The notes under the pieces were generated by a model. It had not been told where the DNA came from, ran no database searches, and saw only the letters and a program-made list of their open reading frames with translations. This document shows positions 25,833 to 34,552 of a stretch of DNA of 35,284 nucleotides, piece by piece. The DNA is from a virus. Its lineage: Duplodnaviria; Caudoviricetes. How positions within the stretch are numbered: position 1 is the first letter of the stretch; each line of letters opens with the position of its first letter. The stretch lies in IMG/VR virus record IMGVR_UViG_3300027892_003173, positions 1 through 35,284 of that record. One strand, written 5' to 3'. The position numbers and the translations under genes are program-made.

Positions 25833-26624
25833 TTAGACGGGTATCTGGCTGGTCAGCGCCAACACCTCGGGAGTGGTGGCCTCAAGTATTTTCAGGGTCG
25901 GGGCAAAGATGTTGCCTGACTTGGTGGCTTTATCGAGGGACTTAATCTCGATGAATCGCGCAGGATAGCCCGAGCGCAGGGACCCAGACGACCGTTCGTT
26001 GAACAGGGTGACGTAGATCGCGTCGTAGCTCGTCGACTTCACCGTGAGCACGGCGGGGGCATACAGCTTGCCGCCAGCTTCGTATCCGAAGTAGGCGTCG
26101 TCGACTCCCTCGGGCTTTTCGATCAGGAACACGCCAGTGACCATAGGCATGAACCAGAGGGGTCCGTTGGCACCAATGGCGGGGTTCTCTCGCGACTCAC
26201 GCCAGAGGTGAGTGCCGTTGTGGGCGCGGACGTCCGCGAGGCTGTCGAGTGTGAGGCCCTGAGGGGACCCGTATTTGACCTTCTCGGAGAAGCGCTTTGG
26301 ACGGAATCCGAGGCACACAACCTTGAGGGTCTTGCCGAGGTTTACGGCCTGCTTGTAGACGAAGTTGCCGGGGCCAAAGGCGAGCAGATCGCCGCCGGAC
26401 GTGCGCTGGACTAGGTTCAGGCGGGGCAGGCGGATGTCTGACACGTCCACCTCGTCGTCCTCAGGGGGACGGGCAGCGGGCGGGCTGTATTGCGGTTGCA
26501 GGGCCACGGCTTGCGACGGAGCTTCGGCTGCGGGTGCTGAGACGGACGGGACGTCAATCACGGCGGCGTTTGAGGGGCTCGGGCGAGCGAATGAGACTTT
26601 CTTAACTGTATTTTCAGAGGACAT
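25833..26624 (-). CDS. putative single-stranded DNA-binding protein
   Basis: ATG at 26624 (MSSEN) after an A/C-rich leader; DIRLPRLNLVQRTS...GPGNF motif; position between exonuclease and polymerase. Confidence 0.55.
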   Translation of the reverse strand: MSSENTVKKVSFARPSPSNAAVIDVPSVSAPAAEAPSQAVALQPQYSPPAARPPEDDEVDVSDIRLPRLNLVQRTSGGDLLAFGPGNFVYKQAVNLGKTLKVVCLGFRPKRFSEKVKYGSPQGLTLDSLADVRAHNGTHLWRESRENPAIGANGPLWFMPMVTGVFLIEKPEGVDDAYFGYEAGGKLYAPAVLTVKSTSYDAIYVTLFNERSSGSLRSGYPARFIEIKSLDKATKSGNIFAPTLKILEATTPEVLALTSQIPV

Positions 26625-26680
26625 AGGCTTGTTGGTTTTTGGTTTTGTATTAGCCGAGTGGATACTCAGCGAAAGGGAAA

Positions 26681-27934
26681 TTATACGTCGAGGGTGAGTG
26701 TTTTCTTTTTGATTTCCTGAAGGAACGAGAATCCCGAGGACAGGCTGACCGCGCCGACTTCGTCGAGGTCTTCGAGGAAGGCCCTGACGGCCCCAGCACC
26801 ATGACCCTTTTCGGCCCGCTCTTTCAAGAGTGATTCTAGCTTCGTGATCGGAACATTCGTGCAAGAATACCAGTCAGAGACAGTTAGGCCGTGTTTTTGT
26901 GCGGTCTCAAATGCGAGGGCGGGGTCGACCACTGTGCGTTCCTTGCGTGTAGTTAGCTTGTAGCCGTGTGCCGATAGCTCCTCGAGCCACTCGCTGTCGC
27001 CGAGTTTCTGCTCGGTCATGGCGAGCTCGTTCACGCGCTTCTTGGCCGCCTTGCAGAACAACTCGAGCACGTTCGCGACGCGGTAGAGGTGTGACGCCTG
27101 CTCGGGTGTCTTAACCTCGGCCAGCTCGATGTGGGGCACCGAGAGCGTAAGGGGCTCGAACTTGGAGACGGTGGGGGCGAGGAGCTTTCCGACGGCAGGG
27201 CACACGGCGAAATTGGCGCACCACTGGCACAGGCCAGTTTTAGGTGTGGGCGGGACGGACGCACTGTTGAGCCCCTCCTTCTGAGCCAGTAGTTTTCTGG
27301 CCACTACATGGCGTATCCGCATTTCCATACCCAAAAGCATCTCTCGGGTGAAGGTGTGGGTGTATTTGGCCTCGGGTGAATCCTTCTCGATGTAGGGGTG
27401 GTAAAACTGGACGTGGACCTCGACAATGTCTGGGAACTTCTGCATCAGCGCCGCCGAATAGGCGATGCCCTGAAGGTTTTCCTTTGTCGGAGTGACGGGG
27501 ATTTTCCCGAACTTCGCGTCCACAATCGCGCCGACGGAAAGGCCGTCCTCGGACACGGCCACGAGTGCGAGGTCTGGGTAGCCTCCGGTGATCCCGTTCC
27601 ACGGGTTGCCGCGCTCGTCGATGACCACGTCGTCGCCGACGGAGAGGTATTGCTCGCGAATCTGCTCGACGGTGCGGGCTCCGGCCTCACGCATGGCGGC
27701 CTGCCAGCCGTCCTCCTGCTCAACGTAGCGTCTCACGGCCTCCTCCTGCTCGGCGTTGCCGTTCAGGATCGAATAGTCACGGGTCTCCGCCGCCTTGTGC
27801 TGGAGGACCCCAGCCTGTGAGGCTGCGGAGTCGTTGTTCTGGTTGGCGAAGTGGGGGCACGCCTCGGAGTTCTGGAGGCTGCTGGGGGAGTGCGGATGGT
27901 GGCCGCGCGTTTGGGTATCGAGTTCGGTGGTCAT
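26681..27934 (-). CDS. Cas4-like PD-(D/E)xK exonuclease (DUF2800-type)
   Basis: HSPSS....CP; GGYPDLALV..IVDAKFG; ENLQGIAY; CQWCANFAVCP Fe-S-type cysteines. Confidence 0.88.
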   Translation of the reverse strand: MTTELDTQTRGHHPHSPSSLQNSEACPHFANQNNDSAASQAGVLQHKAAETRDYSILNGNAEQEEAVRRYVEQEDGWQAAMREAGARTVEQIREQYLSVGDDVVIDERGNPWNGITGGYPDLALVAVSEDGLSVGAIVDAKFGKIPVTPTKENLQGIAYSAALMQKFPDIVEVHVQFYHPYIEKDSPEAKYTHTFTREMLLGMEMRIRHVVARKLLAQKEGLNSASVPPTPKTGLCQWCANFAVCPAVGKLLAPTVSKFEPLTLSVPHIELAEVKTPEQASHLYRVANVLELFCKAAKKRVNELAMTEQKLGDSEWLEELSAHGYKLTTRKERTVVDPALAFETAQKHGLTVSDWYSCTNVPITKLESLLKERAEKGHGAGAVRAFLEDLDEVGAVSLSSGFSFLQEIKKKTLTLDV

Positions 27935-27938
27935 AAAA

Positions 27939-28019
27939 TTAGTCGAGCAGCACGAGCACGAGTATCAGGGTCGACGGGATGAGGCAGGCGATAAGTGCGA
28001 TGAGGTCGTTGTTGGGCAT
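27939..28019 (-). CDS. 26-aa single-helix hydrophobic peptide (not in the ORF track)
   Basis: MPNNDLIALIACLIPSTLILVLVLLD; C/A-rich leader ending ctaccATG; fills the gap. Confidence 0.5.
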   Translation of the reverse strand: MPNNDLIALIACLIPSTLILVLVLLD

Positions 28020-28052
28020 GGTAGGGTTGTGGCTATAGTTTTGGCGGTAAAA

Positions 28053-28316
28053 TTACTGCTTTACGTGTAGAAATTTTGGCCGTGGAGTTGGGCGGCCGTC
28101 GACGGTCTGCCACTCGCCGCCGACGCGGTTGAGTGGGAGCCACTGAACGTATCGGTTGGAGTAGGTGATGAGGACGCCGTCCTCCTCACGAACGCGAACC
28201 TCGCGGGTGACGGGCTCCCATTGCCAGTTTTTTCGCCAGCTATAAAAGCCGGGGGCAGTGGGGTCGATTGTGACCCAGTTGACGTCGACGTCTAAAGAAT
28301 GTGATTTGATGGACAT
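28053..28316 (-). CDS. small Trp-rich hypothetical protein
   Basis: 87 aa with W...PTAPGFYSWR motif. Confidence 0.65.
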   Translation of the reverse strand: MSIKSHSLDVDVNWVTIDPTAPGFYSWRKNWQWEPVTREVRVREEDGVLITYSNRYVQWLPLNRVGGEWQTVDGRPTPRPKFLHVKQ

Positions 28317-28322
28317 GAGCCG

Positions 28323-28376
28323 ACTCTGGACGAGGGGCCGAACGATGTCGATAAAAATCTTTCAGTTATTTTTAAG
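28323..28376 (-). promoter_or_regulatory. diverged copy of the TAAAAATAA...TCGAC promoter repeat
   Basis: Minus strand reads cttaaaaataactgaaagatttttaTCGACAtcgttcggcccctcgtcCAGAGT, then ATG 6 nt later. Confidence 0.55.
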
Positions 28377-29088
28377 CCGCCGGAAATAGCCGTTCGAGAT
28401 CGGCCTTGTGCTCGGCTATTCCACCCCACGACCAGTGCTGCTTGACGACTAAAGGCGGGAGCGGCTGCGAGTCTGTGTCCACCCACTTGAACTGGTTGCG
28501 GTGGTATTTGTAGGCGAAGGCACCGAGGAGATTAAACTCCGACACCTGTCTGCCCTCGATGGTGTCGACCCAACGCTGCCACTCGTGTCCGTGCCGTGCA
28601 GCTAGGTGGATGCGGAGCTTGGCGTAGAGCGAAATTGGATACACCAACGGTAAGCGGCGCATATACTCGTGCGTGACGGGAAAACCGAGGTGTTTTTCCG
28701 TCGGGGCACGCCAAATTTCAGCCTCTCGCGGTAGGTCGTCGTAGGGTGTCCGAAGCATGATGGGCTTTCCTTCGGAAAAAACGTGGTCGAGTGAGTCGAC
28801 GAGGGCCGTGTCAGAGTCCAGATGGATCACGTGCGTGGCGTCGGGGACCACGGTGGCGACGTTGTCTGCCCAGAGCTTGCAGAGCTGCTGGTCGACGTAT
28901 CCGTCGGCGTGTCGGGTCGCGCAGAATCGGAAGTGCAGGTTGTCGCGGACGGGGGCCTCGAAGCCTGAGAAGTTGGGCGCGGTTACGACTGTGGGGATGT
29001 GCGGCGCATGGACTGCGAGCGAACGCAGGCAGTAGGTGAGCCACTCAAAGTCTTTTTCGTAGGTGCGGATGAAAATTACGGGTGTCAT
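28372..29088 (-). CDS. GT-A-fold glycosyltransferase-like protein (DUF6492-type)
   Basis: IFIRTYEKDFEWL..CLRSL; GYVDQQLCKL; DxD motif HLDSD; SEFNLLGAF. Confidence 0.75.
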   Translation of the reverse strand: MTPVIFIRTYEKDFEWLTYCLRSLAVHAPHIPTVVTAPNFSGFEAPVRDNLHFRFCATRHADGYVDQQLCKLWADNVATVVPDATHVIHLDSDTALVDSLDHVFSEGKPIMLRTPYDDLPREAEIWRAPTEKHLGFPVTHEYMRRLPLVYPISLYAKLRIHLAARHGHEWQRWVDTIEGRQVSEFNLLGAFAYKYHRNQFKWVDTDSQPLPPLVVKQHWSWGGIAEHKADLERLFPAA

Positions 29089-29121
29089 GGATAGTTAGCG
29101 TGTCGAAGGCGGGATCGAAAT

Positions 29122-30240
29122 TCAACCCTTCAAATACTTCACGTCGTATCCGAGGGATTGATACGTAGATACCCGTGCGCGGGCCTGTGCAAATGCAAAC
29201 ACCGCGCCCCGATCTAGGTAGTCGTGAACGATGCCGAACTCCTTCTCCCCGTGTGGACGCATCACACGGCCCGCCCTCTGTTCGAGCTTACCCGCCGAAC
29301 GTCCGCCAGCCATCAGGATTAGGGACGACGCACGTGGCACGTCCAAGCCCTCGTCGGCGAGCTGGGTCGACACCGCAACCTTCAGGTCCCCGCACCTGAA
29401 CGCCGCAATCGCCTCGGCCCGCTTTTTCTTGGAGAGCTTTGAGGTCAACACGATTGATCCCTCAATCTGCTGCGATAGCTGCTCCCCGTGCTCGATGGAG
29501 TTGACCAGCACCAGCACGGAGTGTCCCGCCGCTACGTCGTCCTTGGCGGTCTGGACCGCGTGCTGGTTTCGTGCCTCAGAGCCGTGTATCTGTTCCTGCG
29601 TAATGCGCCAACGGATACGTTTCTCAAGCTCGTGTCGCGGGACGAAGCGAAACTTTGCAACGGCCTTCTTCAGCTCCTCGGCGGTGCGGGTGTTTATCTC
29701 GAGGTCGAACTGGCCCTGAGCGTCGAGGTCGTGCATGAAGACCACACCCGAGAGGACGCTGCCCGCCCGCTCCACCTCTGCGCGCGGCACGGTGTGTCGG
29801 TGTTCAGGCCCGCCGAAAATGCGGCCGAAGATCGCGTCCCGCTCGGCGTCACCGGAGTCCGGCGTGGCGGTGAAGCCCCAGAGCACGCCCTTCGCCTGTG
29901 CAGCCAGTCGGGCCCATGACGTGGCAGGGGTGTGGTGGCACTCGTCCACGATGATGATGTCCCTGTCCGACACGTCGGGCTGGCCCGCCACACAGGCCAC
30001 GAGGAAGTCGACGCCGTCTGCGCCGTTTGTGCGCGCAATCGCGGCTATGCCCTGATCCACCTGCTCGACGGTGTTGGCCAGCCACGCGACCCGTGTATTC
30101 GGAACGCAGATACGCGACAGGGCCTGAGCTGCGATTGCGGTTTTTCCACTGCCAGCGGGTGCGACTATGAGTGCGCGGGTCCTGATTGGTTTGGTGAGGA
30201 AATCAATCGCTGCGGTCTGGTAGGGTCGCGCTTCAAACAT
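29122..30240 (-). CDS. superfamily 2 DExH helicase
   Basis: Q motif RPYQ, APAGSGKT, DECHH, TATP, EGLDVP, QRAGRVMR; probable start ATG 30240. Confidence 0.93.
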   Translation of the reverse strand: MFEARPYQTAAIDFLTKPIRTRALIVAPAGSGKTAIAAQALSRICVPNTRVAWLANTVEQVDQGIAAIARTNGADGVDFLVACVAGQPDVSDRDIIIVDECHHTPATSWARLAAQAKGVLWGFTATPDSGDAERDAIFGRIFGGPEHRHTVPRAEVERAGSVLSGVVFMHDLDAQGQFDLEINTRTAEELKKAVAKFRFVPRHELEKRIRWRITQEQIHGSEARNQHAVQTAKDDVAAGHSVLVLVNSIEHGEQLSQQIEGSIVLTSKLSKKKRAEAIAAFRCGDLKVAVSTQLADEGLDVPRASSLILMAGGRSAGKLEQRAGRVMRPHGEKEFGIVHDYLDRGAVFAFAQARARVSTYQSLGYDVKYLKG

Positions 30241-30267
30241 AGGAATTAAGAATTTTAAGTGGGTCGA

Positions 30268-30307
30268 AAAAAACAGCTTGACCCTTGGCAATCTCTTTTT
30301 CAACCTC
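30268..30307 (+). promoter_or_regulatory. putative promoter at the divergence point, A-tract + TTGACC-N17-CAACCT
   Basis: Lies in the AT-rich 90-bp gap between the divergent helicase and early genes. Confidence 0.45.
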
Positions 30308-30330
30308 GCCGTCGCTTAACCGCATTAACC

Positions 30331-31035
30331 ATGAACAAAAACTACATCATCTGGGCCGACTCACGCGGTCTTCCCACCAAGACACACGCCAGCTACCAGC
30401 TGGCCCTATCTGAGGCCACCCGCCTCGCGAAAAAACACCCCGAGGTCGCCTTCGGCATCTACGGGCTCGTCGGCAGTGCTGTCGGCCACACTGCCGTCGA
30501 CTTCACTCCGGTGCCTGAAAAGGCCGCCCCTGAGCCAAAGAACAAGCCTGAGGGGGTCGACCTGACCCTGCTTGGCATCGGATCGACTGTGCGCCTGCGA
30601 GACGGCCGTATAAAGGCCCTCGTGGACCGCTACGTGGCCCCATCTCTGGGCGCGCAGATATTCGTTTTCGGCGACGTTGAGCTGTATGACCACGGCACGG
30701 TGGGTCACGTCTACACCTACGCCAACGGCAGGTTTTATCTGACAGGCGAGTCTGCGGATGACGTTGTCGAAATCGTCGCCGAGAAAAAAGACGGGCAGGC
30801 CGAAAAAGTTGACCTGTCCAAAATCGAACAGGGGCAGACGTTGCGTCGGCGCGACGGCGGCGTGGTCTATTTCACGGGGTTTAAGATCGGTGGATTCTGG
30901 GAGTGTCGCGCGTCGTGCTGGCCAGCCGACAAGTCGCGTTACAGTTGGGTGGACGTAGACGGCAGTGCGGACCCTACGGGCCGTAGCGTCGCCGCCGACA
31001 TCGTCGAGATCGTCCGCGCGGAGGACGCCGAGTGA
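30331..31035 (+). CDS. early hypothetical protein with two tandem ~65-aa domains
   Basis: N-terminal PTKTHASYQLALSEATRLAKKHP domain; repeats VDLTLLGIGSTVRLRDG...ADDVVEIV and VDLSKIEQGQTLRRRDG...AADIVEIV. Confidence 0.75.
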   Translation: MNKNYIIWADSRGLPTKTHASYQLALSEATRLAKKHPEVAFGIYGLVGSAVGHTAVDFTPVPEKAAPEPKNKPEGVDLTLLGIGSTVRLRDGRIKALVDRYVAPSLGAQIFVFGDVELYDHGTVGHVYTYANGRFYLTGESADDVVEIVAEKKDGQAEKVDLSKIEQGQTLRRRDGGVVYFTGFKIGGFWECRASCWPADKSRYSWVDVDGSADPTGRSVAADIVEIVRAEDAE

Positions 31036-31460
31036 GCGCACCCCTCGAACTCGGGACGGCGGATCACCCCGCCACCAGCCTCCGAAAGTTTTTTCAGAAC
31101 CCGAACGTCCAGCGGAAATTTCGCGAGATGATGTCCACCGACCTTGAGCTGGAAAAGGCTCCTGTAAATCGCCGCCGCCGTGGCCTCGACAAGACCGCAT
31201 CGGACGAGATCAATGCCGCGCTCGCGGGAGGGGCCAACGCCTGCGACGTCGCGATCCTGTTCGGCCACCCGCTCGATCTTGTGATCGACCGCACGCGACG
31301 GCTGGTGTCGTATGGTAAATCTGAATACGCGTCGTTCAAGACCCCAAAAGAGGGCCACCGAAACTACGCGAAAAAGAGGCTTGACGCGCTCAAACTCGCT
31401 GGCAAGGTCGCCCCTACGTTCGAGCTCCCGCCGGAGTTTTTCGGACGACTAAAAAACTAA
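31032..31460 (+). CDS. hypothetical, possibly DNA-binding, protein
   Basis: 142 aa, GTGA overlap with the upstream gene; weak HTH-like ANACDVAILFGHPLDLV. Confidence 0.6.
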   Translation: MSAPLELGTADHPATSLRKFFQNPNVQRKFREMMSTDLELEKAPVNRRRRGLDKTASDEINAALAGGANACDVAILFGHPLDLVIDRTRRLVSYGKSEYASFKTPKEGHRNYAKKRLDALKLAGKVAPTFELPPEFFGRLKN

Positions 31461-31473
31461 ACCCAACCTAAAA

Positions 31474-31845
31474 ATGAACGCTACAGAACACCGCAAAGCC
31501 CTCGACGCCCTCCTCGTCCTGCCCGCCTCCCCTACGAAGGTCTCTGGGCTCGTCCAGATTGGTCGTCTCGACCCTACCACGCCCGCCGTATCCGACACTG
31601 CCGCCGACGCCCGCGCCGCCCTCTTTGAGGGCTTCGCCGAGGTTGAGGTGGACGGCTTCGGGTCAGTAAAGACCCTGCGCTCGACCGTCGGCGGGGTGGC
31701 GGTGTTCTGCACCTACGCCAGCCGCGTCGTCGACGGTAACCCGCCCAAGTGGAGGGGCATCGCGACCTCCCGCGTGCGGTCGTCCGCCGCCTCGGCCCAC
31801 CTCTGGGCTGTATGCGATCTCCTCGACGACGCCAAGGTGCTCTAA
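31474..31845 (+). CDS. hypothetical protein
   Basis: 123 aa; leader acccaacctaaaaATG. Confidence 0.65.
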   Translation: MNATEHRKALDALLVLPASPTKVSGLVQIGRLDPTTPAVSDTAADARAALFEGFAEVEVDGFGSVKTLRSTVGGVAVFCTYASRVVDGNPPKWRGIATSRVRSSAASAHLWAVCDLLDDAKVL

Positions 31846-31855
31846 AAATTTTCCT

Positions 31856-32242
31856 ATGAAAACTCGATCCAAAATACTACCTATGCATTCCATATTGCCA
31901 TTCCGAGCCGTCCTCGACGCGCTCGTCTCACTGCTCGATGGCTTCCGCGCCACGGGCTCCAAGACCTCCCGCGACGAGGCCTGCAACAACCCATCTGGAC
32001 GCACCGCGCGGTTTGTTTCGGGGCAACTGGTCGACTGCACCGCAGGGCCCTACCACCGCTTCACCCAAGGGAGAATCCTACAGGTCATCGACCACATCCC
32101 CGTCAATGGCGGCCACTGTGGCCACAACTCGGGGCACTCCGCCCACTACGTGATCGACCTGCGCGCCGCTCAGCCTGCCAGCACGTGCGCCTTCGAGACC
32201 CTCGTGACCCGCTACGACTGGGAGCTGTCGGCCTCTAACTAA
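31856..32242 (+). CDS. hypothetical protein (SH3-like C-terminus possible)
   Basis: 128 aa; start uncertain. Confidence 0.55.
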   Translation: MKTRSKILPMHSILPFRAVLDALVSLLDGFRATGSKTSRDEACNNPSGRTARFVSGQLVDCTAGPYHRFTQGRILQVIDHIPVNGGHCGHNSGHSAHYVIDLRAAQPASTCAFETLVTRYDWELSASN

Positions 32243-32243
32243 C

Positions 32244-32387
32244 ATGGACGCCAACACTACCCAATGGGCCGTCTGGGAGCACCTCCCGACTGGCCGACAC
32301 CTGCACGTCTTCGACGACGAGTTCCTCGCGCAACGCTTCGCCGTGTCGCGATCCACTATGTATTCAAAATTTACTTACCCAGCATGA
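32244..32387 (+). CDS. 47-aa hypothetical protein (not in the ORF track)
   Basis: MDANTTQWAVWEHLPTGRHLHVFDDEFLAQRFAVSRSTMYSKFTYPA; starts 1 nt after the upstream stop and ends in an ATGA overlap. Confidence 0.6.
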   Translation: MDANTTQWAVWEHLPTGRHLHVFDDEFLAQRFAVSRSTMYSKFTYPA

Positions 32388-32647
32388 ACCTACGTGAATT
32401 CCCGTTCTCGGCCACCGCCGTCCTGCCCCGCGAGGACGGGGACATCGAGGTTGTAGTGGACTTCGACTACACGCATGACAGCGGCGTCGAGGGCTCGGCT
32501 GCACTCGGGCCCGTCACCGAGATCATGCTCGGGCCCGTCACGTCCACCCGAGGCAACAAGCGTATTGAGGCCTTGGATACTTGGGAACTGGACGTCTTGG
32601 AGACGGCGTGCTTGGAGTCTTTGGAGGACTGCGCGTGGTGTGCCTAA
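32384..32647 (+). CDS. acidic hypothetical protein (87 aa)
   Basis: ATG 32384 (MNLREF) is coupled to the upstream small ORF. Confidence 0.6.
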   Translation: MNLREFPFSATAVLPREDGDIEVVVDFDYTHDSGVEGSAALGPVTEIMLGPVTSTRGNKRIEALDTWELDVLETACLESLEDCAWCA

Positions 32648-32751
32648 AAATAATTGAAGAAATATCTCGACGTGCGTTTCGGCGTCTGATTGTCTCCATT
32701 CATCGGGGCAACTACTGACCCGAGTAACACCAACACCCACACACGAAAATG
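32643..32751 (+). promoter_or_regulatory. promoter/leader cassette copy 1
   Basis: cctaaaaataatt...TCGAC...tctgattgt, hairpin 32703-32723 (loop ACTAC), C/A-rich leader, acacgaaaATG. Confidence 0.8.
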
Positions 32752-32988
32752 AACGCCATCGCTACCATCGCCAAGAATGAACTCGCCGTCCAAGCGACCG
32801 ACTCGTTCGGTCTTAAATACCTCACCCTCGACCTGCCTGAAGGTTGGGACACCCTTAAGAATTTGACCAACAAGGTTCTCAAGTATAACGGCCAAACCTA
32901 CACCTACCGTAGTTGGAATTCCGACCGCAACGAGGCATTCTTTTACCTCGACAACAACGTCGTAACCGTCTCTCCCCGCTCACACTAA
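32749..32988 (+). CDS. early hypothetical protein (79 aa)
   Basis: First gene after cassette 1. Confidence 0.75.
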   Translation: MNAIATIAKNELAVQATDSFGLKYLTLDLPEGWDTLKNLTNKVLKYNGQTYTYRSWNSDRNEAFFYLDNNVVTVSPRSH

Positions 32989-33012
32989 CTTCAGCCATAC
33001 CACTACACGAAA

Positions 33013-33552
33013 ATGAAAATCAAAATCGCCGCCACTAACCTATCCGCAATCGCAGCCGCCCTGTCCGCCTCGTGCGGACGAGCCACCAGCCACACCGCCA
33101 GCGCGTCCGACGTCCTTACGGCGGCTAGTCAGGCTGAGGCTCAACTAAATGCCCTCTGCCTCTCCAAAAGCCTCCGCGTTGGGGCCACGGCCATTTACCA
33201 ATCTGGCGGCACTGTCGCCAATGCCTACAAATACGCCCGCACCGTGAGCCGCGTGACGCTGGCCCGTGGTGCCTCAGATTGGTTTGTGACCGCTATTTGC
33301 ACCGCCGACGTTTTTCCGTCCGCCCACGGTGGCGTCTACCTCACCCTGACTGCCGAGCAGGACGCCGCCGTGGTCGCCAAGGTGCGCGCCTCCTACTCAC
33401 GGCCCGTCGGGCTGCCGTCCACGCTGGCCGCCGAGGTCAAGGCCTTGGCCGAGCTGTGCTTCGACGCCGAAACGGTCGCGCACCTGAAGGGATACGAACG
33501 TGAAATTCTCCCGCTCACCGACGCGGTGCGGGCACTGGCCGCAAAGGTTTAA
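33013..33552 (+). CDS. early hypothetical protein (179 aa)
   Basis: acacgaaaATG start; followed by a terminator. Confidence 0.75.
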   Translation: MKIKIAATNLSAIAAALSASCGRATSHTASASDVLTAASQAEAQLNALCLSKSLRVGATAIYQSGGTVANAYKYARTVSRVTLARGASDWFVTAICTADVFPSAHGGVYLTLTAEQDAAVVAKVRASYSRPVGLPSTLAAEVKALAELCFDAETVAHLKGYEREILPLTDAVRALAAKV

Positions 33553-33560
33553 TCCACCTC

Positions 33561-33589
33561 AGCCGCCCTCTACTCGGGGGCGGCTTTTT
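33561..33589 (+). terminator. Rho-independent terminator
   Basis: agccgccctc-tactc-gggggcggct then tttt, 8 nt after the stop. Confidence 0.85.
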
Positions 33590-33629
33590 AGTGGCCGAGC
33601 CGTATTGAAATTACGGATACAAAACAGGC

Positions 33630-33739
33630 CCTAAAAATAATTTGAGAATTATGTCGACACGCGTTCCGGCATCTGATTGTATCTGTCTATCGAGGCAACT
33701 ACTGCCTCGACCAACCCAAACCCAACACACACGAACATG
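33630..33739 (+). promoter_or_regulatory. promoter/leader cassette copy 2
   Basis: Same layout as copy 1; perfect hairpin tcgaggca-actac-tgcctcga at 33690-33710, same 60-nt offset. Confidence 0.8.
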
Positions 33740-33970
33740 ATCACTACCATCAAAAACAAAATCGGCACCACCGTGATCCGCGACTATCGCGGACACCTGA
33801 TTGAGTCCTACAACAACAGCCAACTCGGCGACGGTCCGCGCGGATATTCGTATCTCGTCTACCGAGACCGAGCCGCCTACGACGCCGGAGAAGGCGCGCT
33901 CAATGCGGCCATCACATGCCTCGACCACCTCTGGGAGGCCAAGGAGTTTGTCGACAAACTCTGTAAGTAA
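33737..33970 (+). CDS. early hypothetical protein (77 aa)
   Basis: ATG 33737 (MITTIK) after acacgaac. Confidence 0.7.
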   Translation: MITTIKNKIGTTVIRDYRGHLIESYNNSQLGDGPRGYSYLVYRDRAAYDAGEGALNAAITCLDHLWEAKEFVDKLCK

Positions 33971-34050
33971 AAATACTGTTGACGCCACGCCTTGGAGTCT
34001 GTGAGACTTCGAGGCGTGGCACCTCCGCCACTTTTAACCCATACACGAAA

Positions 34051-34245
34051 ATGAACTCGATTAAACCCATACGACGCCTCACCAAAGGCGAGCTTCAGGC
34101 CCGCCTACGCGCCATCCACTCGAAAATCGCCCTGCGGGCCAGCTCCTGCCTCTACCGCGAGGCTGATCTGATCTTGGTCCTCTTAGCCGAGATCGAAGAG
34201 GAAGAGAACCTCGTTGTTGACGCCTTTAACCCCGACGGAAACTAA
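34051..34245 (+). CDS. early hypothetical protein (64 aa)
   Basis: acacgaaaATG start; A-tract + TTGACG at 33979 upstream. Confidence 0.65.
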   Translation: MNSIKPIRRLTKGELQARLRAIHSKIALRASSCLYREADLILVLLAEIEEEENLVVDAFNPDGN

Positions 34246-34246
34246 A

Positions 34247-34549
34247 ATGAACGCCACCCGCACTCCCTACGCCCCCGAAACCGCTCAGGGCAACATCTGG
34301 CTCCGCCCTGACGCGCGGTTCCACTATCACGCCACGCCACGCTTGTCGTCGGAGGCCCGCCAGCAGGCGACCCACCTGAATCGCGAACCCTCGATCTGCC
34401 GCTCGCGCGGTGGCCTCGTGGTCCACTCGGCGACCCTCCGGTCGACCGTGTTTATCGCCGACACCCGTGAGGCCGACAAGTTCGCCGCGCGCTTCGCCTC
34501 GGCGACCTCGCTGGCCCAGAAAAATCGTCTGGTCGACTCACTGTTTTGA
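34247..34549 (+). CDS. early hypothetical protein (100 aa)
   Basis: ATG 1 nt after the upstream TAA. Confidence 0.65.
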   Translation: MNATRTPYAPETAQGNIWLRPDARFHYHATPRLSSEARQQATHLNREPSICRSRGGLVVHSATLRSTVFIADTREADKFAARFASATSLAQKNRLVDSLF

Positions 34550-34552
34550 CCT

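Noticed and set aside
26681-27934. Cas4-like gene as evidence of CRISPR-Cas
   Set aside because: No array or other cas genes; solo Cas4-like exonucleases are routine in phage replication modules.
25833-34245. Longest-ORF starts in the supplied track (26864, 30303, 30259, 32264, 33677, 33979, 34214)
   Set aside because: They overlap neighbouring genes or promoter elements; downstream ATGs with A/C-rich leaders are more plausible.
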